A DNA stretch of 64,000 nucleotides from Clostridiaceae bacterium (GCA_012799825.1 JAAZKK010000080.1:1004-65003); one strand, 5' to 3'; positions 30,576 to 39,730 are shown, numbered from the stretch's first letter. The notes: generated from the sequence alone by a model not told the origin. Numbers and translations are program-made.

Positions 30576-31406
30576 ATGAAACCCATTAAAATAATAGCCG
30601 TTGACCTCGACGGCACACTGCTAAACAGCGAGAAAAAAGTATCCCCGCAAGATCAACAGATGATTGAAAAAGCCGCCAAATCCGGAGTTCATATTGTTCC
30701 GGCAACGGGTCGCCTTTATAACGCTGTTCCCGAAGAGGTTAAGACTCTTCAAGGCGTTCGCTATTTAATTCTCGCCAACGGTGCTGTCATCTACGATATG
30801 GAGGACGATAGCGTCGTCATGCGCGCAGAAATTCCACGCGAACAGGCGGTCGCGATTTTTGACTTTTTGGACGTTTACCCCTGTATTTATGGATGTTATA
30901 AGAACGATCAATCGTGGATGACGATAGAAGCGAGGAGCCTGATCGATCGTTACATTCCGGAGGTCACGTTTCGCCAATTAATCAGCGCGTTTAATGAAAC
31001 GACGGACAATCTCCGCGATTTAGTTATCTCGCATGGCTTCGATGTTCAGAAAATCCAACTGTTTACGGACGATGCGGCTTTGATAGATCGGCTTCTCGTT
31101 CAAATTCCTCAAGAATTTTCGGGTGTTGTCACGACATCTTCAATTCGCCATAACGTCGAGATCAACGCTATGGCGGCGCAAAAAGGCATTGCGCTTCTTA
31201 GGCTCGCAGAGTTGCTCGGTATCGATCAGAAAAAGACGATGGCCATTGGCGATGCCATTAACGATCTTGACATGATTAAATCTGCCGGTGTAGGTGTCGC
31301 CATGGCCAACGCGTTTTCTCGGGAAGTCAAGGAAGCTGCAGATTACGTTACATCGGACTGTGATCACGGCGGCGTCGCCGAAGCTATCGCAAAATTCTTT
31401 TTTTAG
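30576..31406 (+). CDS. Cof-type HAD-IIB family phosphatase
   Basis: Contains IAVDLDGTLL (motif I), PATGR and GDAINDLDMIKSAGVGVAMANA (motif IV). AAAGGA RBS before ATG 30576. Confidence 0.85.
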   Translation: MKPIKIIAVDLDGTLLNSEKKVSPQDQQMIEKAAKSGVHIVPATGRLYNAVPEEVKTLQGVRYLILANGAVIYDMEDDSVVMRAEIPREQAVAIFDFLDVYPCIYGCYKNDQSWMTIEARSLIDRYIPEVTFRQLISAFNETTDNLRDLVISHGFDVQKIQLFTDDAALIDRLLVQIPQEFSGVVTTSSIRHNVEINAMAAQKGIALLRLAELLGIDQKKTMAIGDAINDLDMIKSAGVGVAMANAFSREVKEAADYVTSDCDHGGVAEAIAKFFF

Positions 31407-31418
31407 AGGACTAAGTCC

Positions 31419-32387
31419 ATGACCATGAGCGATTACAAAGTGTACGTATCCCAAGATGTGGAACAAATAGAATCAAATTCCCGAAACGATCAAGCGTGTG
31501 CCGTAGCGATCGGTTTTTTCGATGGTGTGCATCGCGGCCACAAAGCGGTGATACGCCGACTCATCGATGTCGCGCGAGATTATTCGTTGCCACCAGCCGT
31601 CGTATGCTTGATTCCCCCGGGCCATTTTTACAAGAGACTTTGTACGCTAGAGGATTGTTTTAATATGATTCTTGATCTCGGAGTCGAAATCATTTTACCG
31701 ATGCCGTGGAGTGGATCTTCGCCTTTCAGTCTTTCCGTGTCGACACCGGTGTCAACAAAAGAGACGACAGTTTCTCAGTCCGATTCTTGTGATCAAGATG
31801 CAATCGATGACATCCATGCGCTACTTGAGCAGATCGGCGCCCAAGTTTTCGTCACAGGAAATTCCGGAAAGCAAACACCGGAAGGCCTTAAGACGGTCAC
31901 CGTTGAGACGGTTACGCATGACGGTTTGCCCGTCACAACGGATCGAATCTTGAAAGCGTTGCAATCAGGGAAAATGGAGGATGTTCAAGCGCTTCTTGGT
32001 CGAACACATTATTATTACGGCCGAGTGATTCCTGGGGCGCGGCGCGGAAGAACAGTGGACATGCCAACCGCCAACATAACCGTGGCTCCCAGGCTGCAAC
32101 TTCCCGCATTCGGTGTCTACGCAACAAAGATCAAAGTACGAAATCGCTGGTATGAAAGTCTGACGAATATTGGCAACCGTCCAACGGTCGACACTTCAGA
32201 AAAAGTGACGATTGAAACCCATATCTTAGATTTTAACGATGCCATTTACGGAGAGGAGGTCAAATTGGAGATTTACTCCTACATTCGACCTACCTTCAAA
32301 TTTGACAGTATCGTCGACGTTCGTGATCAAGTCAAACGTGACATTGTGGTTGCCGACACTAAGCGTTCCCGCGAGCAGAGTGATTAG
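31419..32387 (+). CDS. ribF: Bifunctional riboflavin kinase / FAD synthetase
   Basis: The N-terminus has GFFDGVHRGH. The C-terminal kinase domain has GRTVDMPTANI..GVYA..NIGNRPT..ETHILDF..IYG. Confidence 0.8.
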   Translation: MTMSDYKVYVSQDVEQIESNSRNDQACAVAIGFFDGVHRGHKAVIRRLIDVARDYSLPPAVVCLIPPGHFYKRLCTLEDCFNMILDLGVEIILPMPWSGSSPFSLSVSTPVSTKETTVSQSDSCDQDAIDDIHALLEQIGAQVFVTGNSGKQTPEGLKTVTVETVTHDGLPVTTDRILKALQSGKMEDVQALLGRTHYYYGRVIPGARRGRTVDMPTANITVAPRLQLPAFGVYATKIKVRNRWYESLTNIGNRPTVDTSEKVTIETHILDFNDAIYGEEVKLEIYSYIRPTFKFDSIVDVRDQVKRDIVVADTKRSREQSD

Positions 32388-32548
32388 GGCAGATCGGTGT
32401 AGGCGCCGGAGCTTTTTAGCACGCGCGAAAGCGGATTGAATAAAGCAGGAGGCAGTTTAGCCGGTGCCGAAGCTCTTGAGCATATTCGCGATCTGATTTA
32501 TTAGAGTTTTTGTAAAGAACTATTCACCGGGCGATTATTCGCCGGACG

Positions 32549-32603
32549 AACACATTTAAACACAGCTTAAACACATCTCGAACACAGCTGTACAGGGTGT
32601 TCG
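32549..32603. repeat. Four helically phased AACACA direct repeats ending in a 7-bp inverted repeat
   Basis: AACACA occurs at 32549, 32559, 32570 and 32581, with spacings of 10, 11 and 11 bp. CGAACAC-N11-GTGTTCG spans 32579-32603. Confidence 0.5.
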
Positions 32604-32740
32604 ATAATTTTGCACAAATGTGATACCATAATTCATGTAAAAATGACTAACATCATGAAAGCATGACGTCCTGATGTCTGATTAAATCGATGAGGTTGGT
32701 GTGAAAGCGTGATACGCAATCCATGTAGAGGGGGAAGACC

Positions 32741-33940
32741 ATGAATATTTCAAAACGCAGTGTTGCTTTGCAGGCCTCACCCATTCGAAAGCTTTTTCCT
32801 TATGCCAATGAGGCAAAGAAACGCGGTGTGCACGTGTACCATCTCAACATCGGTCAGCCCGATGTTGAGACACCGCAAGTTTTTATAGAGGCCGTCAAAA
32901 AAAGCGATTTTTCCGTTTTAGCTTACGCCGATTCGCACGGTTGGGAACCGCTTCGTGAGAGTATCGCGGCTTACTATCACCGTATAGGCCTGACGTATGA
33001 GACGGAAGACATCATAATTACGAACGGCGGAAGCGAAGCATTACAGTGGGCTTTCATGATCTGTTGCGATCCCGGCGAAGAGATCCTCGTGCCTGAGCCT
33101 TTTTATACGAATTATCGCGGCTTCGCGTTGCCGTATACTGTGGAACTCAAACCGATCCCGACGAGGCTGGAAAATGCCTTTGCTCTTCCCGATGACGCGA
33201 CGTTGGAGGCTCAGATCACCGATAAGACGCGCGGCATTGCGCTTTCCAATCCGGGCAATCCGGCAGGCGTCGTCTATTCGAAAGATGAAGTGTGCCGTAT
33301 TGCCTACATCGCGATGCGCCACAATCTATTCATCATTGCCGACGAAGTGTACCGTGAGTTTTGTTACGACGGCCAAGAGGCGACAAGTTTCGGGTCAATG
33401 ACGGACGCGCTTGATCGCATCATTCTTTGCGACAGCGTCTCGAAGCGTTTCTCCGCTTGCGGCGCGCGTATTGGCTCGATTGCGAGTCATAACCGCGATG
33501 TCATCAATGCCGCGCTCAAACTAGGGCAGGCGAGAGTGTGCTGTCCGACGTTGGAGATGATCGGAGCTAAGGCGCTGTATGATTTGGAACCTGATTACTT
33601 CATTCCCATTCGTGAACGCTATGAAAGGCGTCGCAACATCATGATCGACGCGCTGCAGAAGATGCAAGGAGTCCTTTGTGAAAAGCCGGGAGGCGCTTTT
33701 TACGCGATTGCGAAGCTTCCGGTCGACAACGCCGAAAAGTTCGCGCTCTGGCTTCTGAATGATTTTCGCGAAGATGGAAAGACGGTTATGCTTGCTCCGG
33801 CGGAGCATTTCTATCAGACTCCGAATCAGGGGGTGGACGAAGTGCGCCTTGCGTATGTCCTGAATACGGATGACTTATCCGATGCGATGCGTGTTCTTGA
33901 CAGCGCGCTAAAACAATATCCCGGAAGATTTCTGCGCTGA
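32741..33940 (+). CDS. Class I/II PLP-dependent aminotransferase (aspartate/aromatic type)
   Basis: Contains NPGNPAG, the PLP lysine motif SVSKRFSACGARIG and a C-terminal RLAY motif. GGGGGAAG RBS. Confidence 0.9.
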   Translation: MNISKRSVALQASPIRKLFPYANEAKKRGVHVYHLNIGQPDVETPQVFIEAVKKSDFSVLAYADSHGWEPLRESIAAYYHRIGLTYETEDIIITNGGSEALQWAFMICCDPGEEILVPEPFYTNYRGFALPYTVELKPIPTRLENAFALPDDATLEAQITDKTRGIALSNPGNPAGVVYSKDEVCRIAYIAMRHNLFIIADEVYREFCYDGQEATSFGSMTDALDRIILCDSVSKRFSACGARIGSIASHNRDVINAALKLGQARVCCPTLEMIGAKALYDLEPDYFIPIRERYERRRNIMIDALQKMQGVLCEKPGGAFYAIAKLPVDNAEKFALWLLNDFREDGKTVMLAPAEHFYQTPNQGVDEVRLAYVLNTDDLSDAMRVLDSALKQYPGRFLR

Positions 33941-34302
33941 CGGTGCGTGCAATTCTATAAATCATGCGCAAAAATCAGAAGAATAATCGCGCAGAATACC
34001 TTTTCTGCTGCCCAACTTCTTTTGGCATTCTGCTAAAAGAATGGTCGCAATGACGTATGACCCAATGCGGAGCATAAAGCGTATAAGGCGCATTTGTAAG
34101 ATATAATTTCTGTCACATTTATCCGAGAAAGTGTCCTGCGGATTTTTCACTTGAAGAAGAGTTGACGTGGGGGCATGATGACATTATGTTGTTTTCTCGG
34201 TATCGAGCGCCATTCGGCGCAGGAACCTAGGTGCGGATCGGCTGATTATTTTTGTCGAGACTGTCATATCGTGCCGCAGGATCATGGAGCAGAGTTTTGC
34301 GT

Positions 34303-35307
34303 ATGCACAAGTCAGATCATCAACGGTTCTCTTATGCCGCGACTGATCATGATGCAGTGAGCCGTTTTCTACACAACATCTCTCTTTGCAAAGACTGGAT
34401 ATTAGGCGAATGCGTTGTAAAGGAACAAGAAAGTCCGTTAGCTATTTATCAGGCGACAAATCGCGACGGATATCCTTTTTTGCTTTACGTCTCGCCTATT
34501 CGTACTTGGGGCAGAGAAGAGCGTATTCATCAGCACGTTATTCGTGTGAATCGCGCACTGGCACAAGGCTCATTTCGGTACAATGCCTGCGAACCAATGA
34601 TTCAGCAACCAACGTGGATTCGATCAGGTGATTTTTTCTTTGGCATTACACCTGATCGAGGATTGCAGTCTATATTCAAGATGGCGCCATTTCATAATCG
34701 TTCGAGCTTCATTTTGAACACAATACATATTACTGCACTGTTCCGCTTTTTAGAATGTGATATCTGGCCTTTCACACGCGAAGCAGAGAGCAGTGAAGAT
34801 TTGCTCGTTAAAGCAACAGCGTTGTATGACAAGGTTGCTCCGAGACTGCATAACGCTTCGGAAATACCGAGGCGCTGGGGGCATTTTTATCGCCACAATG
34901 CGGAGACGGCTGCCAGAACACACGATTTTACACCGGTTTATACGGTTGGTGATTTTCTATCAGAATGTCTGGTGTACTGTCCGGAACGTGAAACACTCTA
35001 TCTTGAAGGAGCGTTTTCCTTTTCTCCGGGTACGCGCGGCGACGATCTCTGCGATCTTCTATATTTGCTTAGGAAGCAGTCTGCAGAGGACAAGCAGTAC
35101 TTTATTGATTTCTATTTCCATTTGAATGTGCCGAATCATTTTTTTACGTATCTTTCCTATAAGCATATGTCACACTTGTTGGAACAGATCGCCAACAGTG
35201 CCATCGGGTCAAGAGAGGATCAGATCGGTCGAGATGAATTGCGACGATTTTCTGAGTCTCGGGAAGGCTTTCGAACACCGGTGCCAGTTTGGTACAAATC
35301 ATCTTAA
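34303..35307 (+). CDS. Hypothetical protein; weak resemblance to APH/CotS-type phosphotransferases, with the catalytic residues substituted
   Basis: The size (~335 aa) and segment order resemble CotS/APH kinases. ..VGDFLSECLVY.. stands where HGDxxxxN is expected, and ..LEGAFSFSPGTRGDDLCDLLY.. where DxE..G....DLA is expected. The start is uncertain (ATG 34303 or TTG 34252). Confidence 0.4.
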   Translation: MHKSDHQRFSYAATDHDAVSRFLHNISLCKDWILGECVVKEQESPLAIYQATNRDGYPFLLYVSPIRTWGREERIHQHVIRVNRALAQGSFRYNACEPMIQQPTWIRSGDFFFGITPDRGLQSIFKMAPFHNRSSFILNTIHITALFRFLECDIWPFTREAESSEDLLVKATALYDKVAPRLHNASEIPRRWGHFYRHNAETAARTHDFTPVYTVGDFLSECLVYCPERETLYLEGAFSFSPGTRGDDLCDLLYLLRKQSAEDKQYFIDFYFHLNVPNHFFTYLSYKHMSHLLEQIANSAIGSREDQIGRDELRRFSESREGFRTPVPVWYKSS

Positions 35308-35958
35308 CCGTCATCGGAGATCTCTATTTTCTAAAAGGATCAAAGGCAGTATAATGGTCGGCATGAATAACATGAATTATCTTAGCGAGGACGGATATTA
35401 GCAGAACTTATAGATATTTGCTTAGTCAAGTGATTTTTTCCGCACATGATAAATAAGAAAGTATGAACGTTATGATGTAAAATGATATTCTATACGAATG
35501 GATAGCAGATGCATATTTTTTGAGTAAAAATCGATTTCGTAGTGTCTCATAATATTATGGTCTCAAAGATTATCGTTATATTATATAAGGACGTCTCGAA
35601 GAGCCTTGGCGTATGTCTCACAGGAAGGCGAACATTTCATAGCATGCCCAGCTGATTTATTAATCTGAACAATGTGTAAACTGTCTGTAAAATGAACAAT
35701 TATTAATTTTCTGTTCATTTAATGGTATAGTATGAATGGTTTTTTACAATAATTTGTTTACTTTTTTCAATTGCGCTGATATAATTCATTGGTCTATAAT
35801 TCTTGTGTTCGTACTATATAAAGAAAATTGCTTCAGAGAGGATCATGACATTGTATTGATTTATAGCATATTAAGAATGAGATGTTATTTTACTACAAAC
35901 ATAAAGATAATGGATCGATTCCTCGAGCTAATAAAAGATAAAAAGGAGCACGAAAAGG

Positions 35959-36438
35959 ATGAACGGCATTAAGTACTTCAGAAAAAAGAACAGAATGACT
36001 CAGAGCAATCTCGCAAAAATGTTAGGCGTAACGCAGACATCTGTCAGTCAATGGGAGAGCGGGCGGAATTATCCGGACATTAAAACGGCGAAGCGTTTGG
36101 CAGAACTTTTCTCGGCCTCACTCGACCAAATTCTTGGAACGGTTGATATGGCGGAAGAGGATCTGTTGATGGCGCCGAGCAAGAAGCGAATCATACTGGA
36201 AGCAAGAGATGACCTCGATGAGAAGGAAGTCGTTTTGCTAGAACAGAAAATGCGTTTGATTGAATTGATGGACAAGCTTTCTCCGCTTGCGCGTCAACGC
36301 GTGATTGATCGGGCTGAAATCTATTACGAGGTTCAGAATTGTGATGCTGCCAATGCGGCCATAGCGCAAAAAGTTTCATCCTCTTCCGATTCGGCAAGCG
36401 AAGAATTGGTGGCCGAAGAGGCTGCAGCTGAAGCCTAA
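35959..36438 (+). CDS. XRE-family helix-turn-helix transcriptional regulator with an acidic C-terminal extension
   Basis: Contains MTQSNLAKMLGVTQTSVSQWESGRNYPDIKTAKRLAELF, a Cro/C1 HTH. AAAGGA RBS. Confidence 0.85.
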   Translation: MNGIKYFRKKNRMTQSNLAKMLGVTQTSVSQWESGRNYPDIKTAKRLAELFSASLDQILGTVDMAEEDLLMAPSKKRIILEARDDLDEKEVVLLEQKMRLIELMDKLSPLARQRVIDRAEIYYEVQNCDAANAAIAQKVSSSSDSASEELVAEEAAAEA

Positions 36439-36511
36439 GGCCGTTTAATTTAATTTAATGAATGGAAAGAGACGCTCATTCTCATTGCAGTTGCACGATG
36501 AAGTGTGTTGT

Positions 36512-36540
36512 TTGACAGGGTTAGCTTGTGATGGTAGTAT
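36512..36540 (+). promoter_or_regulatory. Strong sigma-A-like promoter with no annotated gene behind it
   Basis: TTGACA (36512-36517), a 17-nt spacer containing the TG extended -10 at 36532-36533, then TAGTAT (36535-36540). Confidence 0.45.
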
Positions 36541-36841
36541 AAAAACTACCTCTAAGATGCCACTAGGCGGAATGGTCACCGAATTTGCGTGACAGGCGTC
36601 GATATGGCGTGTGAGGATGAAAGCCTCGAAGACCGCATTCGGGCAGATAAGATCTCCGCAGCGATGGGTCGCTAACCCTGTTTCTCTTTACTTTTGGCGG
36701 AGGATCTTACGAAAAAGCCTATATGCCACAGCAGGATTTCAGACCGGGCACATCCAAGAAGACATCGGACTTCAAGCCGGTCAGCGGTCGACACATGGAG
36801 GCAAGGAAGGAGGCCGTACTTTGAAAGTACACCTCGAAGAG

Positions 36842-36895
36842 ACGGGCAGGTAGCTCCTGAGTGTTTCATGGCACCGGAGCCTGCCCGTTTCATTT
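36842..36895 (+). terminator. Intrinsic-terminator-like hairpin ~300 nt downstream of the orphan promoter
   Basis: ACGGGCAGG (36842-36850) pairs with CCTGCCCGT (36880-36888), and there is an inner CTCC/GGAG stem. TTTCATTT follows. Confidence 0.45.
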
Positions 36896-36996
36896 GGCGG
36901 TACAGTCTTTCCAAGAATACTTGTTTGCAAGTGCGACACGCCGCGTATCAAATACTCTTGGAAGCGATGCGGTCACCCTACACCTAATTACGAACG

Positions 36997-38223
36997 ATGT
37001 TGAAAGATTCGATAAAAGGAAAACAAAAAGTATTGCTCGCCTTATCCGGAGGTGTGGACAGTGTGGCGTCGGCGATCCTGCTCAAGCGTATGCATGACGT
37101 AGAAACGGTGACGTTTCTTTTGAAAGGTGACACGGAACAGCAAAAGGAGCAAACAGCGATAGCGTCGGAAATCGCCAAAAAATTGGGGCTTTCGCATCAT
37201 GTTCTGGATTTGACACAACGTTTTCGTGAGTATGTTCTGCAACCTTTTCTTGAAGCTTGGCGCTCCGGCAAGACGCCCAATCCCTGTGTTATGTGCAATC
37301 CTCACGTCAAGTTTAAGGCGCTGATGGCGCTTGCCTCGAAATTGAATTGTCAGGGTATAGCAACAGGGCATTACGCGCGCGTAGGCGAGGGGAGCGACAA
37401 TGGCGGCGTTGCGCTCGATGATAAACTTGTACGGAACGACATCAAGGTGTACGCGGACTGCGCTCGACGCGGTTATCGTAATTCTTCCTGCAAGACATGC
37501 CGCGATGACGACGCGACAAGAGCGGTCGACAGGGCGAGAGGTGAACGCCCCGTTTTTCTTTATCGTGCCGCTGATCCCGTGCGAGATCAGAGCTATTTTA
37601 TGTATCGATTAACTCCTGACGTCTTGCGATGTGTCCTTTTTCCTGTAGGCGGCCTCAGCAAGGATGAGGTGCGCTCAATTGTCACTGAGGAAGGACTTTC
37701 TGTCGCGACTGAGAAAGACAGTCAGGATCTTTGTTTTCTTGACGGGCAATCGCTTAGAACTTATCTCAGAGAACGGATCGGCCGGGAAGAGCCGGGGCCA
37801 TTCTTAGATCTAGAAGGACACGTCATCGGAGAACATGACGGCATCTGGCAATTTACAGTTGGACAACGGCGTCACCTCGGAGCGTCATTTGGACGGCGCA
37901 TGACAGTGTTGGCGCTAGAACCTGAGCGCAATGCCGTCATACTGGGCGATGAGCCTGACGCCCTGATGGAGGCTCTCATACTGAAAGATTGTTTTTTTCC
38001 TTACGATATGCCGCAGCATTTTGATGCTACGGTGAAGCTCCGTTCGCAGGGCATTCCGCTCGCTGCCCATGTTGAGAAGAAATGTGACACCGAAGTCTTG
38101 GTGCGATTTAATGCGCCGGTTCGTCTGTCGTCGCCGGGACAGTCTGCCGTATTCTATGAGAATGACCGAGTACTAGGCGGAGGCGTTGTTTCTCGCCTTT
38201 TGCGGTTGAAAAGCAAGCCATGA
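36997..38223 (+). CDS. mnmA: tRNA 2-thiouridine(34) synthase MnmA, with an internal insertion
   Basis: PP-loop LALSGGVDS, catalytic NPCVMCN, GHYAR and RDQSYF. About 45 extra residues lie between GHYAR and DQSYF. Confidence 0.92.
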   Translation: MLKDSIKGKQKVLLALSGGVDSVASAILLKRMHDVETVTFLLKGDTEQQKEQTAIASEIAKKLGLSHHVLDLTQRFREYVLQPFLEAWRSGKTPNPCVMCNPHVKFKALMALASKLNCQGIATGHYARVGEGSDNGGVALDDKLVRNDIKVYADCARRGYRNSSCKTCRDDDATRAVDRARGERPVFLYRAADPVRDQSYFMYRLTPDVLRCVLFPVGGLSKDEVRSIVTEEGLSVATEKDSQDLCFLDGQSLRTYLRERIGREEPGPFLDLEGHVIGEHDGIWQFTVGQRRHLGASFGRRMTVLALEPERNAVILGDEPDALMEALILKDCFFPYDMPQHFDATVKLRSQGIPLAAHVEKKCDTEVLVRFNAPVRLSSPGQSAVFYENDRVLGGGVVSRLLRLKSKP

Positions 38224-38292
38224 TGTGGTAAAATAGTGTCAAATGGCGAAGTGTGCGCCTTTTTAAAAAAGTACAAGATCGAGGTGGTTTAA

Positions 38293-38568
38293 TTGATCGA
38301 AAAATCAGACTTGGCTTATTGCCGTGAACAGCTTGAATCAAAGCTTGGACAACGTATCATTTTAAAATCAAACGGCGGTCGTCGCCGAACAGTTATTCAT
38401 GAGGGATATCTCGAGAATTGTTCTTCTAACGTATTCACGGTATGTTGTCCCGTAAGTCCTGTTTACAATGAACATGTCTGTTTCAGTTATATCGATCTCC
38501 TGACAAAAGTTGTAGAGGTCGCTTTCAATGACGAGGAGCTCGAAGAGCTCATGAAAGATGATGCTTAA
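38293..38568 (+). CDS. veg: Veg (biofilm formation stimulator) family protein
   Basis: ..LESKLGQRIILKSNGGRRRTVIHEGYLE..VF.. aligns with B. subtilis Veg. The TTG start follows a GAGGTGG RBS. It is adjacent to ispE, as in Bacillus. Confidence 0.85.
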   Translation: MIEKSDLAYCREQLESKLGQRIILKSNGGRRRTVIHEGYLENCSSNVFTVCCPVSPVYNEHVCFSYIDLLTKVVEVAFNDEELEELMKDDA

Positions 38569-39676
38569 TGCAGAGTCTGAAATACCGTTTTTGTATTCTG
38601 CGAAAAACGTTCTTCCTGCACGGGCAAAACTGAATTTATCGTTGTCCATTCTCGGGCAACGCGCTGACGGCTACCATGACCTGCAATCGGTCATGGTGAC
38701 GATTGCGTTTGCCGATCGTTTGCATATCGCGATGACGCGATCGAGCCGTTCAACGCAGTGTATTGATGTAGGGGATGACAATGATACGTGCTCGTGCTTG
38801 GCGTCCGCCGCGGTATCCGGGAGCGATACCGGCACGTCGTTTGATGAGGTGACCGCGCTTGAATGGCGCGTCGGCACGGATCTCGCGTCGATCCCCGATG
38901 ATCAGGACAATATTGCTTGGAAAGCGGCGCTTGCGTTTTGCTGTGCGGCCGATATCGCGCCGGCGTCAATGATTTTTTCTGCTGATATAGAAAAAAATAT
39001 TCCTGAAGAAGCCGGATTGGGCGGCGGGAGCACCGACGCGGCGGCAGTGCTGCGTTTTCTTCACTGCGCATGGCGACAGGGCGGAGCTGACGCTTTCGGG
39101 AAAGATCCTCGCTTTTTTACGTCTACTTTACTTGAGAAGGCAGCGTGCAGAACCGGTGCCGATGTCCCGTTTTGTCTTCGCGGCGGCATAGCCTTTTGTG
39201 AAGGCATCGGGGAGCGCATGACACCTCTTGCGATGAGATTGCCTTATCCCGTCTTGCTTGCTATTCCGCCATCGGGTATCAAGACAGGGGAAGCGTACGC
39301 CCGTCTCCGTCGTTTGCGACAAGAAACACAATCACACCATCGTTCACATAAGGCAAGTGATTTAACCCGGGAGGCGCTCATCAAAGCATGGCAAAACGCT
39401 CTCAACGAAGGTGATCTGAAGGCTATAGCGCCTTTGGTTCACAACGATTTCATAGAAGTAATCGTATATCAAGATCCTTCTATGATCCGCCTGTTTGAGG
39501 CACTTCAAGGCACGGGGGCGCCGCTCGTATCGCTTTCCGGCAGCGGTCCCGTTTGTTTCGCGCTATTTGAAGAAGAGAAAGACGGTCATGCGGCACAATA
39601 TCAGATGCAGAAACTCTTTCCAAATGTGCGTTTCATGATGACAAGACTCTCGCCGGAAGAGGACATTCTTATTTAG
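38558..39676 (+). CDS. ispE: 4-diphosphocytidyl-2-C-methyl-D-erythritol kinase, with an internal insertion
   Basis: Contains AKLNLSLSILGQRADGYHDLQSV and the GHMP motif IPEEAGLGGGSTDAAAVL. Confidence 0.88.
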   Translation: MMLNAESEIPFLYSAKNVLPARAKLNLSLSILGQRADGYHDLQSVMVTIAFADRLHIAMTRSSRSTQCIDVGDDNDTCSCLASAAVSGSDTGTSFDEVTALEWRVGTDLASIPDDQDNIAWKAALAFCCAADIAPASMIFSADIEKNIPEEAGLGGGSTDAAAVLRFLHCAWRQGGADAFGKDPRFFTSTLLEKAACRTGADVPFCLRGGIAFCEGIGERMTPLAMRLPYPVLLAIPPSGIKTGEAYARLRRLRQETQSHHRSHKASDLTREALIKAWQNALNEGDLKAIAPLVHNDFIEVIVYQDPSMIRLFEALQGTGAPLVSLSGSGPVCFALFEEEKDGHAAQYQMQKLFPNVRFMMTRLSPEEDILI

Positions 39677-39730
39677 AAATTTGATCGCAAAAACGAAGTC
39701 GTCTCGCCATCGTTAACGTTTTGTTAGCAC

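Noticed and set aside
34175-34360. 61-aa Cys-rich ORF (possible small zinc-ribbon protein)
   Set aside because: It overlaps the longer 34252/34303 ORF in another frame. The cysteine spacing forms no clear CxxC pairs apart from one CRDC, so the evidence is insufficient.
35736-35972. 78-aa ORF in the AT-rich block
   Set aside because: It has no RBS and a Phe/Ile/Asn-rich translation typical of AT-rich noncoding DNA, and it overlaps the XRE gene start.
36890-36906. T-box-like TTTGGCGGTACAGTC upstream of mnmA
   Set aside because: It matches GGGTGGTACCGCG only partially. No Stem I, AG bay or specifier features lie upstream, and mnmA is not an amino-acid-related gene.
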